A stretch of DNA of 40,793 nt from contig JBDTOK010000001.1 of NCBI GenBank assembly GCA_039933275.1, forward strand, positions 1 through 40,793. Reading direction: 5' to 3'. This DNA comes from Chloroflexota bacterium (GTDB taxonomy: Bacteria > Chloroflexota > Dehalococcoidia > SM23-28-2 > RBG-16-64-32). How positions within the stretch are numbered: position 1 is the first letter of the stretch; each line of letters begins with the position of its first letter. Below, one piece after another: positions 17,011 to 26,136 of the stretch. Under the pieces are notes generated by a model. The model searched no databases. It worked only from the letters and a program-made list of their open reading frames with translations, and was not told the origin of the DNA. The position numbers and the translations under genes are program-made.

Positions 17011-18111
17011 CTATGCGTCTACAGGGCTCAGCGTTGGCTGTTGATCTTCCTTGCGGTCTAGCAAGCTCGCCGACGCCAGTGCTACCGACGCGATGCCGCT
17101 GATGATCAGCCCGATGCCAAGCGGCGAGAGCGCGAACGTCTCACTGCGCGCTTCGAGGATTCGCGACATCTGGTAGAACGAAGCGAACCCGGCCACAGCA
17201 CCACAGGAAAACAACCCGACCCGCGTTATCTCCCACGGCACTCGCTTGCTGAGCGCGATGGCAGAGAGCACGATTGCTATGCACGCAGCAATCGCGGAGT
17301 ACTGCCCGCCCTCGATTGAGAGGCCCACGTGCTTGCCGCTTTCCGCCGTACCCCACGGCAGCACGCACCCTACGAGAACGATCGCTGCGATCGGCAGGTA
17401 CACCCAGGCCAGCGGCACACGGTAGTCGCGAGTCTTTACCTCGCCGGTCAGTTCGGGGAACGCCTTCTTGTAGCCGGGGAGCTGTCGCAGCACACCCCAG
17501 GCCAGCGGCAAAATACCGGCGGCCAGCAGCATTTTCGCCGTGTCGCCGAGGACGTAGGGGTAGAAGCCGACTTCGAGAACGTTGCCCGTGTAGGTCGGGA
17601 CGTTGGAGTAGAACCAGTGGTCCAGCCAGATCAGCCCGGGAACGTAGATCAGCAGGTTCGCGCCGAGCATCGCCAGCGCCATCGTGAGCGGGTTGCGGTC
17701 GAGCCCGCGCTCCGCGAGCCAGCCGATGACAAACGCCGCCAGGATAAACCCGACGATGTAGCCCCCGGTCGGTCCCTCAATGATCTGCCACCCAAACGTA
17801 CCTTCAGAGAAGAAGTGCAGGCCGGTCGTCTTGCTGCCCCAGAGCATGCCGTAGCAGCCCTCCGCCAGGTACAGGAGCAGAGACGCTGCGCCAAGCCGCG
17901 CGCCCAGCAGTCCGCCAACCGTCAGTACGGCGAACGTTTGGCCCGTGATCGGCACCGGTGTGAAAGGCAACGTCACGTGGATCTGCGCGCAGGCGGCGAC
18001 GAACAGGCTGCCTCCGATGACCAGCGCGGCCATGAACAGGTAGCGCTGAAGCGTGGACGTAGGCGAAAAGACGGTCAGGGCCAGCGGCCGGTATGTCGTT
18101 TGTGCCTGCAT
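17011..18111 (-). CDS. bioY: BioY-family biotin transporter S-component fused to an extra C-terminal membrane domain
   Basis: BioY blocks: PFTPVPITGQTFAVLTVGGLLG, GPTGGYIVGFILAAFVIGWL and YVLGDTAKMLLAAGILP. These are followed by about 150 aa with roughly 4 more hydrophobic helices. I set the start at ATG 18111, 7 nt after GGGAGG. Confidence 0.82.
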   Translation of the reverse strand: MQAQTTYRPLALTVFSPTSTLQRYLFMAALVIGGSLFVAACAQIHVTLPFTPVPITGQTFAVLTVGGLLGARLGAASLLLYLAEGCYGMLWGSKTTGLHFFSEGTFGWQIIEGPTGGYIVGFILAAFVIGWLAERGLDRNPLTMALAMLGANLLIYVPGLIWLDHWFYSNVPTYTGNVLEVGFYPYVLGDTAKMLLAAGILPLAWGVLRQLPGYKKAFPELTGEVKTRDYRVPLAWVYLPIAAIVLVGCVLPWGTAESGKHVGLSIEGGQYSAIAACIAIVLSAIALSKRVPWEITRVGLFSCGAVAGFASFYQMSRILEARSETFALSPLGIGLIISGIASVALASASLLDRKEDQQPTLSPVDA

Positions 18112-18246
18112 TCGGTTGCCTCCCAGATATGACAAGGATCGCCTGCATCGCATCCTATTCGCTCCCGCAAACGAAGGGCAACCCGCCTATACGGAAACGG
18201 ACGCGCGGTTGAACGAGCCGCAGCCTCCGCATACGATTCGCTTGTC

Positions 18247-19650
18247 GTGAGATTCGCACAAGTTTTGCTGCCAGCCGCTCTGCTCGCTCTGACGATGCTG
18301 GTCGCCGCCTGCGCGAGCCCGGCCGGCGAGTCGGAGGCGGGCACACCCACGGCGCAAGCCGGCACGCAAACGTTGTCGCCAACACCAACGCCGGGCGGCC
18401 CGACGCCAATCCCAGGCCCGGGCGTGACGGCGACGACCATCACGCTGGGCATGACCAACGATATGACCGGCTCCGGCGACACGCCCTACGCTGCGGTGAC
18501 GGTGGCGATGCAGGCGTACTTCAAGAAGGCGAACGCGGAGGACCACGGCGCGTGCAGCCGCCAGATTGTGCTTGCCACCGAAGACGACGGCTATTCTCCG
18601 ACGGTAGCGCTGGAGAAAACGAAGAAGCTCGTCGAAGGAGCGCAGCCCGTGCTCGCAATGATCGGCGGCATTAGCACCGACGAGCAGCTTCTCACCGCGC
18701 CCTACCTGAACGACCCCAACGCCGACGGCAACCCGGACGACGGCGTCCCCGACCTCTTTGTCGCCAGCGGCGCCTCCGCCTGGGCAGACGTTACCCACTA
18801 TCCCTGGACGATCGACTACGCGCCGGACTTCGTCTCAGACGGCGCCGTGCTCGCGCGCTGGGCCAGCACCAACCTTGTCGGCAAGAAGCTGGCCGTCGTC
18901 TACCCGGACAACGAATTCGGCCGCGACTACCTCGCGGGCTTCACCGCCGGACTCACGGACAAGACGCAACTCGTCGCCAGCAACGCTTTCCCGGCGAACG
19001 CCACCACCGCGAATGACCAAATACAGGTCGCCAAGGTCAACGCCGCCGACGCTGTGCTGATCGCCGCCTCGCCCGACGTGACCGCCACCGCCATCAAGTA
19101 CGCCGCCACCGTCCAGTACGCACCGCAGTGGCTGCTCAGCTACACGAACGCACCCAGCACCCTGGCTAGCCGCCTCGGCGGTGGCACCACGCCTGACCAA
19201 CTGCTCGCCGGCTTCGCAATGCTCCACGGCGCGATCACCAACTCATATCTCCTCAGCCCGATAGCCGACCAGGACTCCGCTCCGATCCAGGAGCACAGGC
19301 GCATCATGCAGACCTACCAGGGCCCAACGCTGAGCAGCCTCAGCGTTTACGGCCAGTCCCTTGCGGAGGCGACTGTCGCCGCGCTCAAGGCATCGTGCGG
19401 CGACCTGACGCGCGCGGGGTTCATGCGCGCGGCCGAGTCGCTGACGGGGTTGCACACCGCGCTGATGCTGGACGGCGTCACCATCAACCTCAGCCACAAG
19501 GACCATCGCGCGATCCAGTCGCTGCAGCCGGAGCAAATCGACGTCGACGGCAGCGTGATAGCGCAGGGCGGCATCATCTCGGCAGAAGACGTAGCTGCGC
19601 CCACTGCCGTGCCAACCCCGACCCCGACCCCCAGTCCGCCACCGAGGTAA
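18247..19650 (+). CDS. ABC substrate-binding lipoprotein, LivK-like (normal block order)
   Basis: 467 aa with a GTG start, the lipobox LVAAC, a Pro/Thr linker and type-1 PBP blocks from ITLGMTNDMTG to VYGQSLAEATVAAL. Confidence 0.88.
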   Translation: MRFAQVLLPAALLALTMLVAACASPAGESEAGTPTAQAGTQTLSPTPTPGGPTPIPGPGVTATTITLGMTNDMTGSGDTPYAAVTVAMQAYFKKANAEDHGACSRQIVLATEDDGYSPTVALEKTKKLVEGAQPVLAMIGGISTDEQLLTAPYLNDPNADGNPDDGVPDLFVASGASAWADVTHYPWTIDYAPDFVSDGAVLARWASTNLVGKKLAVVYPDNEFGRDYLAGFTAGLTDKTQLVASNAFPANATTANDQIQVAKVNAADAVLIAASPDVTATAIKYAATVQYAPQWLLSYTNAPSTLASRLGGGTTPDQLLAGFAMLHGAITNSYLLSPIADQDSAPIQEHRRIMQTYQGPTLSSLSVYGQSLAEATVAALKASCGDLTRAGFMRAAESLTGLHTALMLDGVTINLSHKDHRAIQSLQPEQIDVDGSVIAQGGIISAEDVAAPTAVPTPTPTPSPPPR

Positions 19651-19653
19651 CAC

Positions 19654-19959
19654 ATGAGCGACGAACCGAACATCGACAAGATCGTGGAGGCCCACGCAAA
19701 GGCGATCGTCAGCATGGACATCGCCAAGATCATGGACGACCTCATGCCGGAGCCGATGATGAAGCTGCAAGCGCAGGCCGGCGGCGGCACCGCCCTCCAG
19801 ATCAACACCTACGAGCTGCAAAGCCACACGGCTGAAGGCGAAGACTACTGGTACGACGTGAAGTACATCGGTCCGCAGTCGTTCACCGTGCACGCCCGCT
19901 GGTCGCAAATCGGCGGCCAATGGAAGATCGTAGACGCGGAGATAACCGGCCGAGAGTAG
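19654..19959 (+). CDS. Small hypothetical protein (possible NTF2/SnoaL-like fold)
   Basis: 101 aa, starting 3 nt after the binding-protein stop. The C-terminal ...YWYDVKYIGPQSFTVHARWSQIGGQWKIVDAEI looks like beta-sheet. The fold assignment is tentative. Confidence 0.6.
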   Translation: MSDEPNIDKIVEAHAKAIVSMDIAKIMDDLMPEPMMKLQAQAGGGTALQINTYELQSHTAEGEDYWYDVKYIGPQSFTVHARWSQIGGQWKIVDAEITGRE

Positions 19960-19962
19960 CGC

Positions 19963-20685
19963 CTAATCCCGCAACACCTGCGACAGCTCCCGGTACACCT
20001 GCCGGTTGTACACGAGCCCGATGTGCGTACTTGCCACCGGCACGTTGTGTGCGCCAGGCACGCGGCACGTGCGCGCTGGCACGATCGGGTCGTCCGGGCT
20101 GTATATGGACGTGACTTTCGTGCTTGGGTGCAGCGGCGCGAGGAAGTCCCTCGGGAAGGGGCAGCCGCAGTCGGGCACGTCGCAGTCCGGGTCCAGCGTC
20201 TTTCGGATGCGCTCGCCCGCCTGCCGCACGCGCGTTGGCACCGGCGCTGTCGAGTAGCCGCTGGTCTCCGCCCAGCGCGTGACACCGCCCACCGGCGAGC
20301 CCAGCAGGATCAGGTGCGACACCCTCTCTTGCAGACGCGCCGCGATCGTCCGGCCCAGCAAACCTCCGCGGCTATGCCCGATGATCGCGACTCTGTCCTC
20401 TGGCGGCAAGGTGCGGTCTAAGTAACCCTGCGTGCGGCGCGTGAGTCGCTCCGGGCAGCCTGCGTTCACCCACAGGTCGGACCGGATCGCGCGATAGCCG
20501 GCGCGGTTCAGCCACGAACGCATCGGGCCGAGGTAGAAGTCGTTGCCGAAGAGGCCGGGGATCACCAGCACCGCGCGGCGGCTCGTCGCGCGCGGCGGCG
20601 CCCAGTAGATCGGGTCGCGCATCAACTGCCCAAGCTCCGCCCAGGCCGACGCCTCGCTGGCGAGGACGTCGCGCATCTGGGTCAT
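19963..20685 (-). CDS. Alpha/beta hydrolase (lipase/esterase-like)
   Basis: 240 aa with the nucleophile elbow GHSRGG within VAIIGHSRGGLLG. It starts 1 nt after the EF-G paralogue stop. Confidence 0.82.
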   Translation of the reverse strand: MTQMRDVLASEASAWAELGQLMRDPIYWAPPRATSRRAVLVIPGLFGNDFYLGPMRSWLNRAGYRAIRSDLWVNAGCPERLTRRTQGYLDRTLPPEDRVAIIGHSRGGLLGRTIAARLQERVSHLILLGSPVGGVTRWAETSGYSTAPVPTRVRQAGERIRKTLDPDCDVPDCGCPFPRDFLAPLHPSTKVTSIYSPDDPIVPARTCRVPGAHNVPVASTHIGLVYNRQVYRELSQVLRD

Positions 20686-20686
20686 G

Positions 20687-22741
20687 CTAGGCGCGGGCAG
20701 CTTCGCGATCTTTCAGCGCCTGGTCGATGATCTTCTGCGCCAGGTGCGCCGGCACTTCTTCGTAGTGAGAGAAGTCCATGCTGAAGACGCCACGCCCCTG
20801 GGTGATCGACCGCATGTCGGCCGAGTAGTGCTGCACCTCCGAAAGCGGCGCCTGCGCTTCGATCAGCGTCATCGATCCGGTCGGCGTCATGCCCAGCACG
20901 CGAGCGCGTTTGCCGTTGAGGTCGCTGATGACGTCGCCCGTGTTCGACTCCGGTACGGTGATGTGCATATCGACGACTGGCTCAAGGAGGATCGGGTGCG
21001 CGTCTTCCGTCGCCTTTCGCAGCGCGGCGGCGGCGGCGATCTTGAACGCGATGTCGGATGAGTCGACGGGGTGCTCCTTGCCGTCCGTGAGGCTGACCTT
21101 GGCATCGACCATCGGGAAGTGCGCGAGGATGCCTTCGTGGCTGCCTTCCATCACGCCTTTTTCGACGGAGCCGATGTACTGCTTCGGTACGACACCGCCG
21201 ACTGTGCTGTTCTCAAACTTCACGCCTTCGCCGCGGCCGAGCGGCTCAACCTTCAGTTGCACACGCGCGAACTGGCCGTGGCCACCCGTCTGCTTCTTAT
21301 GCGTGTACTCCGCCTCCGCCTTGCTCCGGATCGTCTCGCGGTAGGGGATGCGTGGCGTGTGCGCCTCCAGCTCGACGCCAAACTTGCGCTTGATGCGCTC
21401 CAGGTTCACCTCGACGTGGGAGTCGCCCAGGCCGGAGAGAATCATCTCGCCCGTCGCCGGGTTACGCTCGATTCGGAGGCTCGGGTCTTCTTCGACGATA
21501 CGCTGCAGTGCCGTGCCCATCTTGTCGAGGTCAGCCTTCGTCTTCGGCGAAACGGCTGCGCTGAACGCCGGGCTGGGGAACGAGATCTCCGGCAGCTTCG
21601 GCGCGTTCTTGTCACCCAGCGTCTGGCCCGTGTGCGTGTCGACAAGCTTGGCGACGGCGCCAATGTCTCCGGCGATTACGGATGGCACTGTGTCCTGCTG
21701 CTTACCGGTGATGCGGTACACCGCACCGACCCGCTCATCGGCGCCGGTGTTGGTGTTGGTGACGTGGCTGTCGCCCTTGAGCGTGCCGGACAGCACCTTG
21801 AAGTAGGTGAGGCGCCCAACGTAGGGGTCAGCCGCCGTCTTGAAAACAAGCGCCGTCAGCGGACCGCTGGGATCTGCCTTGAGTTGCTTTCCATCGACCT
21901 CAGTTGCGTGATCGGCGGGCGAAGGCAATTCGGTGACGATATCGTCGAGCAATGCATGTATGCCAATCACTTTCGTGCCGGCGCCGACGAAGATCGGGAC
22001 GAAGCTTCCGGCCATGATGCCAGACTTGGCGCCGTGTGCGATCTCTTCCGCCGTCAGCGCCGTCCCTTCCAGGTATTTCGAGATGAGCGCGTCGTCCGTC
22101 TCCGCAGCTGCCTCGATGAGCTTCTCGCGAGCGGCGTCCGCGGCGGCCTGCATATCGGCCGGGATCTCCTTCTCCTCACCCTTTTCCCCCATGAACGCTT
22201 CCTGCGCCAGAACGTCGATGACGCCTGTGAAGCTGGCCTGCGAGCCGATCGGCAGCTGCACTGGCACGCACTTGGAGCCCCAGGCCGCCTGGATCTGCTG
22301 GACCGTGCGATCGAAGTCCGCATTCTCGCGGTCCATGCGGTTGATGAAGATCGCCCGCGGCAGCGACAGCTCGTCCGCGAAGCGCCAGGCAAACTCCGTT
22401 CCCACCTGCACGCCGGACACGGCGTCCACCACGATGAGGACGGTCTCTGCAGCCCGAAGGCCACACTTCACCTCGCCCATGAAATCCATGTAACCCGGCG
22501 TGTCGATGAGGTTGATCTTGTGCCCGTTCCACTCCAGCGGGACGATCGAAACGGTCAGCGAAAACTGGCGCTTGTGCTCGTCCGGGTCCCAGTCGCTCAC
22601 GGTGGTGCCTTCTTCCACCTTTCCGAGCCTGGTGGTCGCCCCCGAGGCGAACAGCATGGCTTCAGCCAGCGAGGTCTTGCCGGTGCCACCGTGACCGGCG
22701 AGCGCGACGTTGCGGATCTTGTCCGGAGGGTAGTCCTTCAT
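20687..22741 (-). CDS. Elongation factor G paralogue (EF-G2-like GTPase)
   Basis: 684 aa with G motifs AGHGGTGKTS, DTPGYMDF and NRMD. EF-G domains II-V are recognisable. Confidence 0.9.
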   Translation of the reverse strand: MKDYPPDKIRNVALAGHGGTGKTSLAEAMLFASGATTRLGKVEEGTTVSDWDPDEHKRQFSLTVSIVPLEWNGHKINLIDTPGYMDFMGEVKCGLRAAETVLIVVDAVSGVQVGTEFAWRFADELSLPRAIFINRMDRENADFDRTVQQIQAAWGSKCVPVQLPIGSQASFTGVIDVLAQEAFMGEKGEEKEIPADMQAAADAAREKLIEAAAETDDALISKYLEGTALTAEEIAHGAKSGIMAGSFVPIFVGAGTKVIGIHALLDDIVTELPSPADHATEVDGKQLKADPSGPLTALVFKTAADPYVGRLTYFKVLSGTLKGDSHVTNTNTGADERVGAVYRITGKQQDTVPSVIAGDIGAVAKLVDTHTGQTLGDKNAPKLPEISFPSPAFSAAVSPKTKADLDKMGTALQRIVEEDPSLRIERNPATGEMILSGLGDSHVEVNLERIKRKFGVELEAHTPRIPYRETIRSKAEAEYTHKKQTGGHGQFARVQLKVEPLGRGEGVKFENSTVGGVVPKQYIGSVEKGVMEGSHEGILAHFPMVDAKVSLTDGKEHPVDSSDIAFKIAAAAALRKATEDAHPILLEPVVDMHITVPESNTGDVISDLNGKRARVLGMTPTGSMTLIEAQAPLSEVQHYSADMRSITQGRGVFSMDFSHYEEVPAHLAQKIIDQALKDREAARA

Positions 22742-22853
22742 AGGGAGTTTCCTCGTTACGTCTGATTTGGTGCAGCGATTCTATCCTATCGTTCAAAGCG
22801 CGGCAAAGAAGTTGAGACGCGGCTAAGGACGCCGCCCCGAAAGAAGAAATGTA

Positions 22854-22882
22854 TTGACAGTCTACGGGCGCGGGCGTAGCAT
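22854..22882 (+). promoter_or_regulatory. Candidate promoter TTGACA-17 nt-TAGCAT
   Basis: TTGACA at 22854-22859 and TAGCAT at 22877-22882. It is oriented toward the methyltransferase operon and would give a leader of about 190 nt. Confidence 0.5.
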
Positions 22883-23074
22883 TCCGGCGCAACCGCTAGA
22901 AGCGGGAACGCAGGTGCGGCGGAGGGGCCGCGAGGCTGTGAGCGCCGTCACTGACGGTTGTCGGGCGGTTCAGCAATATGTGTGCGTGAGGGGCAAAAGA
23001 GAGGTGACTATCGAACCCAGCTCCAACTGAGACGCAGCCCATTAATGTTCCACCCCAAACATGAAGGGAGACGT

Positions 23075-24151
23075 ATGACCACGCAAGCACAACCCGCAGT
23101 TGACGAACAGGTCCTGCATCAGTTCATGATGAAGGCCGTCGGCGATATGGGCGCAGCCGCCGTCTGCGCCACCATCCTCCTCGGCCAGAAGCTTGGCCTG
23201 TACCAGGCGATGGCCGGCCAGGGCGCAATGACAGCCGCTGACCTCGCGAAGGCTACGAAGACCAACGAGCGCCTCATACAGGAGTGGCTCAATGCGCAGG
23301 CCGCCGGTGGCTACATCAACTATGCGGACGGCAAGTACACGCTCGCGCCGGAGCCGGCGATGGCACTCGCGAACGACCAGAGCCCCGTCTTCATCGGCGG
23401 CGCTTACGACGTTGTCGCCGCGATGTTCGCCTCCGACGACAAACTCGCCGAAGGTTTTCAGAACAACCACGGCCTCGGTTGGAAGGACCAGCACCCGCGC
23501 CTCTTCGGCGGCACGGAGCGCTTCTTCCGGCCCGGCTACCAGGCGTTCCTGACCACAGCCTGGATCCCGGCGCTGGAAGGCGTCGAGGCCAAGCTCAAGG
23601 CCGGCGCGAAGGTCGCCGACGTTGGCTGTGGCCACGGCGCCTCGACGATCATCATGGCCCACGCCTACCCCAACTCCGAGTTCCACGGCTACGACTACCA
23701 CGACGGCTCGATCAAGACAGCGAAGGACCGTGCTAAAGAATCCAACCTCGGCGAAGGCGTGAAGTTCGAGCAGAAGGATGCCAAGTCCTACCCTGGCAAG
23801 AACGAATACGACCTCATCTGCTTCTTCGACTGTCTCCACGACATGGGCGACCCGATCGGCGCCGCCAAGCACGCCCTCAAGGCGCTCAAGGACGACGGCA
23901 CGGTTCTCCTCATCGAGCCGATGGCCGCTGACACGCTGGAAGCCAACCTCGGCTCGCCAATCGCATCGATGTTCTACAGCGCTTCGACGATGCTCTGCAC
24001 GCCCAACTCGATCAGCCAGGGCGGCGAGCCGGCGCTGGGCGCCCAGGCAGGCGAGGCGCGGCTGAAGGAAGTCTTCGAGAAGGCCGGTTTCACGCGCTTC
24101 CGTCGCGCGACCGAGACGCCGTTCAATCTCGTCCTCGAGGCGCGACCGTAA
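23075..24151 (+). CDS. Class I SAM-dependent methyltransferase with N-terminal helical/winged-helix-like domain
   Basis: Motif I VADVGCGHGASTIIMA and post-I FHGYDYH, plus CFFDCLHDMGDP. I set the start at ATG 23075, after GAAGGGAG. The track ORF starts at 22958. Confidence 0.87.
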   Translation: MTTQAQPAVDEQVLHQFMMKAVGDMGAAAVCATILLGQKLGLYQAMAGQGAMTAADLAKATKTNERLIQEWLNAQAAGGYINYADGKYTLAPEPAMALANDQSPVFIGGAYDVVAAMFASDDKLAEGFQNNHGLGWKDQHPRLFGGTERFFRPGYQAFLTTAWIPALEGVEAKLKAGAKVADVGCGHGASTIIMAHAYPNSEFHGYDYHDGSIKTAKDRAKESNLGEGVKFEQKDAKSYPGKNEYDLICFFDCLHDMGDPIGAAKHALKALKDDGTVLLIEPMAADTLEANLGSPIASMFYSASTMLCTPNSISQGGEPALGAQAGEARLKEVFEKAGFTRFRRATETPFNLVLEARP

Positions 24152-24157
24152 CGCTGG

Positions 24158-24772
24158 ATGACTGACGACAGCACGATCTACCACGAAGGCAATCGCCGGC
24201 TGCAGGATGAGTTCGACAGCCGGCGTATCGCCGATCGCCTCGAGCAGGTGACGCTGCACGATCGCTTCACGCCCGGCGACATCGAATTCATCCAGAGCGC
24301 GCCGATGTTCTTCCTGGCGACGGCGGACGCTGACGGCTGGCCCGACGTCTCGTACAAAGGCGGTCTGCCCGGCTTCGTGCAGATCACCGACTACGACGAG
24401 CTGGCGTTCCCCTGCTACGACGGCAACGGCATGTTCAAGAGCATGGGCAACATTCTCGTGAACCCGAAGGTCGGGCTGCTGTTCATCGACTTCGAAGGGC
24501 AGGACCGGATGCGTGTGCAGGGCAGCGCCTCCGTCAGCGACGACGATCCGATGATGGAGCAGTTCCCCGGCGCGCAGCTCATCATCCGCATAAAGGCGGA
24601 GCGCATCTTCCCAAACTGCCCGCGCTACATCCACAAGATGCAGTTGGTCGAGTACTCCGTTTACGCGCCGCGCGCGGAGTACAAGCCGCCGGTGCCCGAT
24701 TGGAAGAACATGCCGGTCTTCCACGACGCGCTTCCGCACAAGGGACCCGCTGCAATCGAGGAAGAGGCGTGA
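24158..24772 (+). CDS. Pyridoxamine 5'-phosphate oxidase-family FMN-binding split-barrel protein
   Basis: 204 aa with the blocks MFFLATADADGWPDVSYKGGLPGFV, GNGMFKSMGNILVNPKVGLLFIDF and NCPRYIHKM. Confidence 0.82.
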   Translation: MTDDSTIYHEGNRRLQDEFDSRRIADRLEQVTLHDRFTPGDIEFIQSAPMFFLATADADGWPDVSYKGGLPGFVQITDYDELAFPCYDGNGMFKSMGNILVNPKVGLLFIDFEGQDRMRVQGSASVSDDDPMMEQFPGAQLIIRIKAERIFPNCPRYIHKMQLVEYSVYAPRAEYKPPVPDWKNMPVFHDALPHKGPAAIEEEA

Positions 24773-24773
24773 C

Positions 24774-25811
24774 ATGAGCAACGAGACACCGTTCACGGTC
24801 GCCGCAGCGCAGATCGCGCCCGTCTTCATGGACCGCGAGGCCACGATCGACAAAGCCTGCGAGACGATGGCCGAAGCGGCGAAGAACGGCGCAAAGCTCG
24901 TCGTCTTTCCGGAGGCGCTCGTGCCCGGCTATCCCGACTGGGTGTGGACCGTCCCGCCGGGAGTTCGTGGCGACATCCACGCCGAGATGTACGGCGAACT
25001 CCTCGACCAGGCGGTGACGATCCCCTCGCCTGCCGTCGACAAGCTCTGCCGCGCGGCGAAGGCGAACGGCGTCTACGTCGTCGTTGGCGTCAACGAACTG
25101 AACGCGGACGCCAGCGGCGGTTCGCTCTACAACACGCTCATCTACATCGACGACCAGGGCCGGCTGCTCGGCAAGCATCGCAAGCTAGTGCCCACTGTCT
25201 CGGAGCGCCTGGTCTGGACCCCCGGCGACGGCAGCACGCTGGAGGTATACGACACGCCGTTCGGCAAGCTCGGCGGGCTGATCTGCTGGGAGAACTATAT
25301 GCCGCTAGCCCGCTATACGATGTACGCGTGGGGCGTGCAGATCTACGTCGCACCGACGTGGGACAGCTCGGATGGCTGGATCGGCACGCTGCAGCACATC
25401 GCCCGCGAAGGTGGCTGCGTCGTCATCGGCTGCTGCATCGCGATGCGCCGCGACCAGATCCCGGACAAGTACGAATTCCGCAAACTCTACCCACCCGCCG
25501 AAAAACCTGAAGACGAGTGGGTAAACGACGGCAACAGCGCCATCATCTCGCCGCGCGGGCGCATCCTCGCTGGCCCGGCCTCGCGTGTGGAAACGATCCT
25601 CTACGCCGAGATCGAGCCGTCATCACTGCGCCGCAGCAAGTTCATGCTGGACGTCGCCGGCCACTACGCCCGACCGGACGTCTTCCAGCTAACCGTCAAC
25701 CGCGAACCGAACCACATGATCCACACAAACGGCGGCGATCACCCGTCGCCGATCAACGGCAAGAAAGCGCCGGTCCCGCCTCGCAAGGCGCGGGAGCTCG
25801 GCGCCAAGTAG
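24774..25811 (+). CDS. Nitrilase (carbon-nitrogen hydrolase branch 1)
   Basis: 345 aa. The Glu-Lys-Cys triad contexts are intact: VVFPEALVPGYP, HRKLVPT and GLICWENYMPLAR. Confidence 0.9.
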   Translation: MSNETPFTVAAAQIAPVFMDREATIDKACETMAEAAKNGAKLVVFPEALVPGYPDWVWTVPPGVRGDIHAEMYGELLDQAVTIPSPAVDKLCRAAKANGVYVVVGVNELNADASGGSLYNTLIYIDDQGRLLGKHRKLVPTVSERLVWTPGDGSTLEVYDTPFGKLGGLICWENYMPLARYTMYAWGVQIYVAPTWDSSDGWIGTLQHIAREGGCVVIGCCIAMRRDQIPDKYEFRKLYPPAEKPEDEWVNDGNSAIISPRGRILAGPASRVETILYAEIEPSSLRRSKFMLDVAGHYARPDVFQLTVNREPNHMIHTNGGDHPSPINGKKAPVPPRKARELGAK

Positions 25812-25824
25812 GAGGAGAATCCCC

Positions 25825-26136
25825 ATGGCAGCGAAGCACGTCACGATCTGGAAGATGAAGATCAAGCCCGGCAAGATGGACGAGGTCAGGGCGATCATGA
25901 GTTCGCCCGCGGACCAGGAGCGCCTCAAGAAGGCTGGTTGGCAGATGACCGTAGTCGGCACCAGTAAGGACCACCCCGAAGAGGTCTGGGGCATGGTCAC
26001 CTGGGACAACAGCGAAAACTACAAGAAGAACGCCGACAGCGGCGATCAAGACGCCGACTACCAGAAGATGCGCGCTCTCCTCACCGCTGACCCGGAGTGG
26101 CACGACTGCGACGTCGTCGAAGAATCGCACGCCTAG
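25825..26136 (+). CDS. Small ABM/dimeric alpha-beta-barrel-like protein, hypothetical
   Basis: 103 aa, starting 13 nt after the nitrilase stop. The fold guess comes from the size and the pattern HVTIWKMKIKPGKMDEV...WGMVTWDNSENY. Confidence 0.65.
   Translation: MAAKHVTIWKMKIKPGKMDEVRAIMSSPADQERLKKAGWQMTVVGTSKDHPEEVWGMVTWDNSENYKKNADSGDQDADYQKMRALLTADPEWHDCDVVEESHA

Noticed and set aside
19600-19650. Short tandem CCGACCCCGACCCC-type repeats (also 18380-18420 and 16000-16040)
   Set aside because: These encode Pro/Thr/Ser linker segments of the lipoprotein binding proteins. They are not CRISPR or other non-coding repeats. No CRISPR-like repeat-spacer periodicity was seen anywhere in the window.
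21071-22765. 564-aa plus-strand ORF
   Set aside because: It is antisense to the EF-G paralogue, which has clear GTPase motifs. Its composition is typical of a shadow ORF.
22958-23074. N-terminal extension of the methyltransferase ORF (GTG 22958), and the idea that the ~190-nt leader 22883-23074 is a riboswitch
   Set aside because: The extension (MSGGSAICVREGQKRGDYRTQLQLRRSPLMF...) looks non-protein-like, and the ATG at 23075 has a GAAGGGAG SD. For the leader, I compared by eye with the SAM, cobalamin, ZTP, guanidine and preQ1 consensus cores I remember and found no match. A covariance-model scan would be needed to exclude a known or new RNA element.
23042-24853. 603-aa minus-strand ORF antisense to the methyltransferase, PNPOx-like and nitrilase genes
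   Set aside because: It is a shadow ORF. It spans three well-supported plus-strand genes that carry clear catalytic motifs, and its own sequence is low-complexity and R/A/V/E/L-rich.
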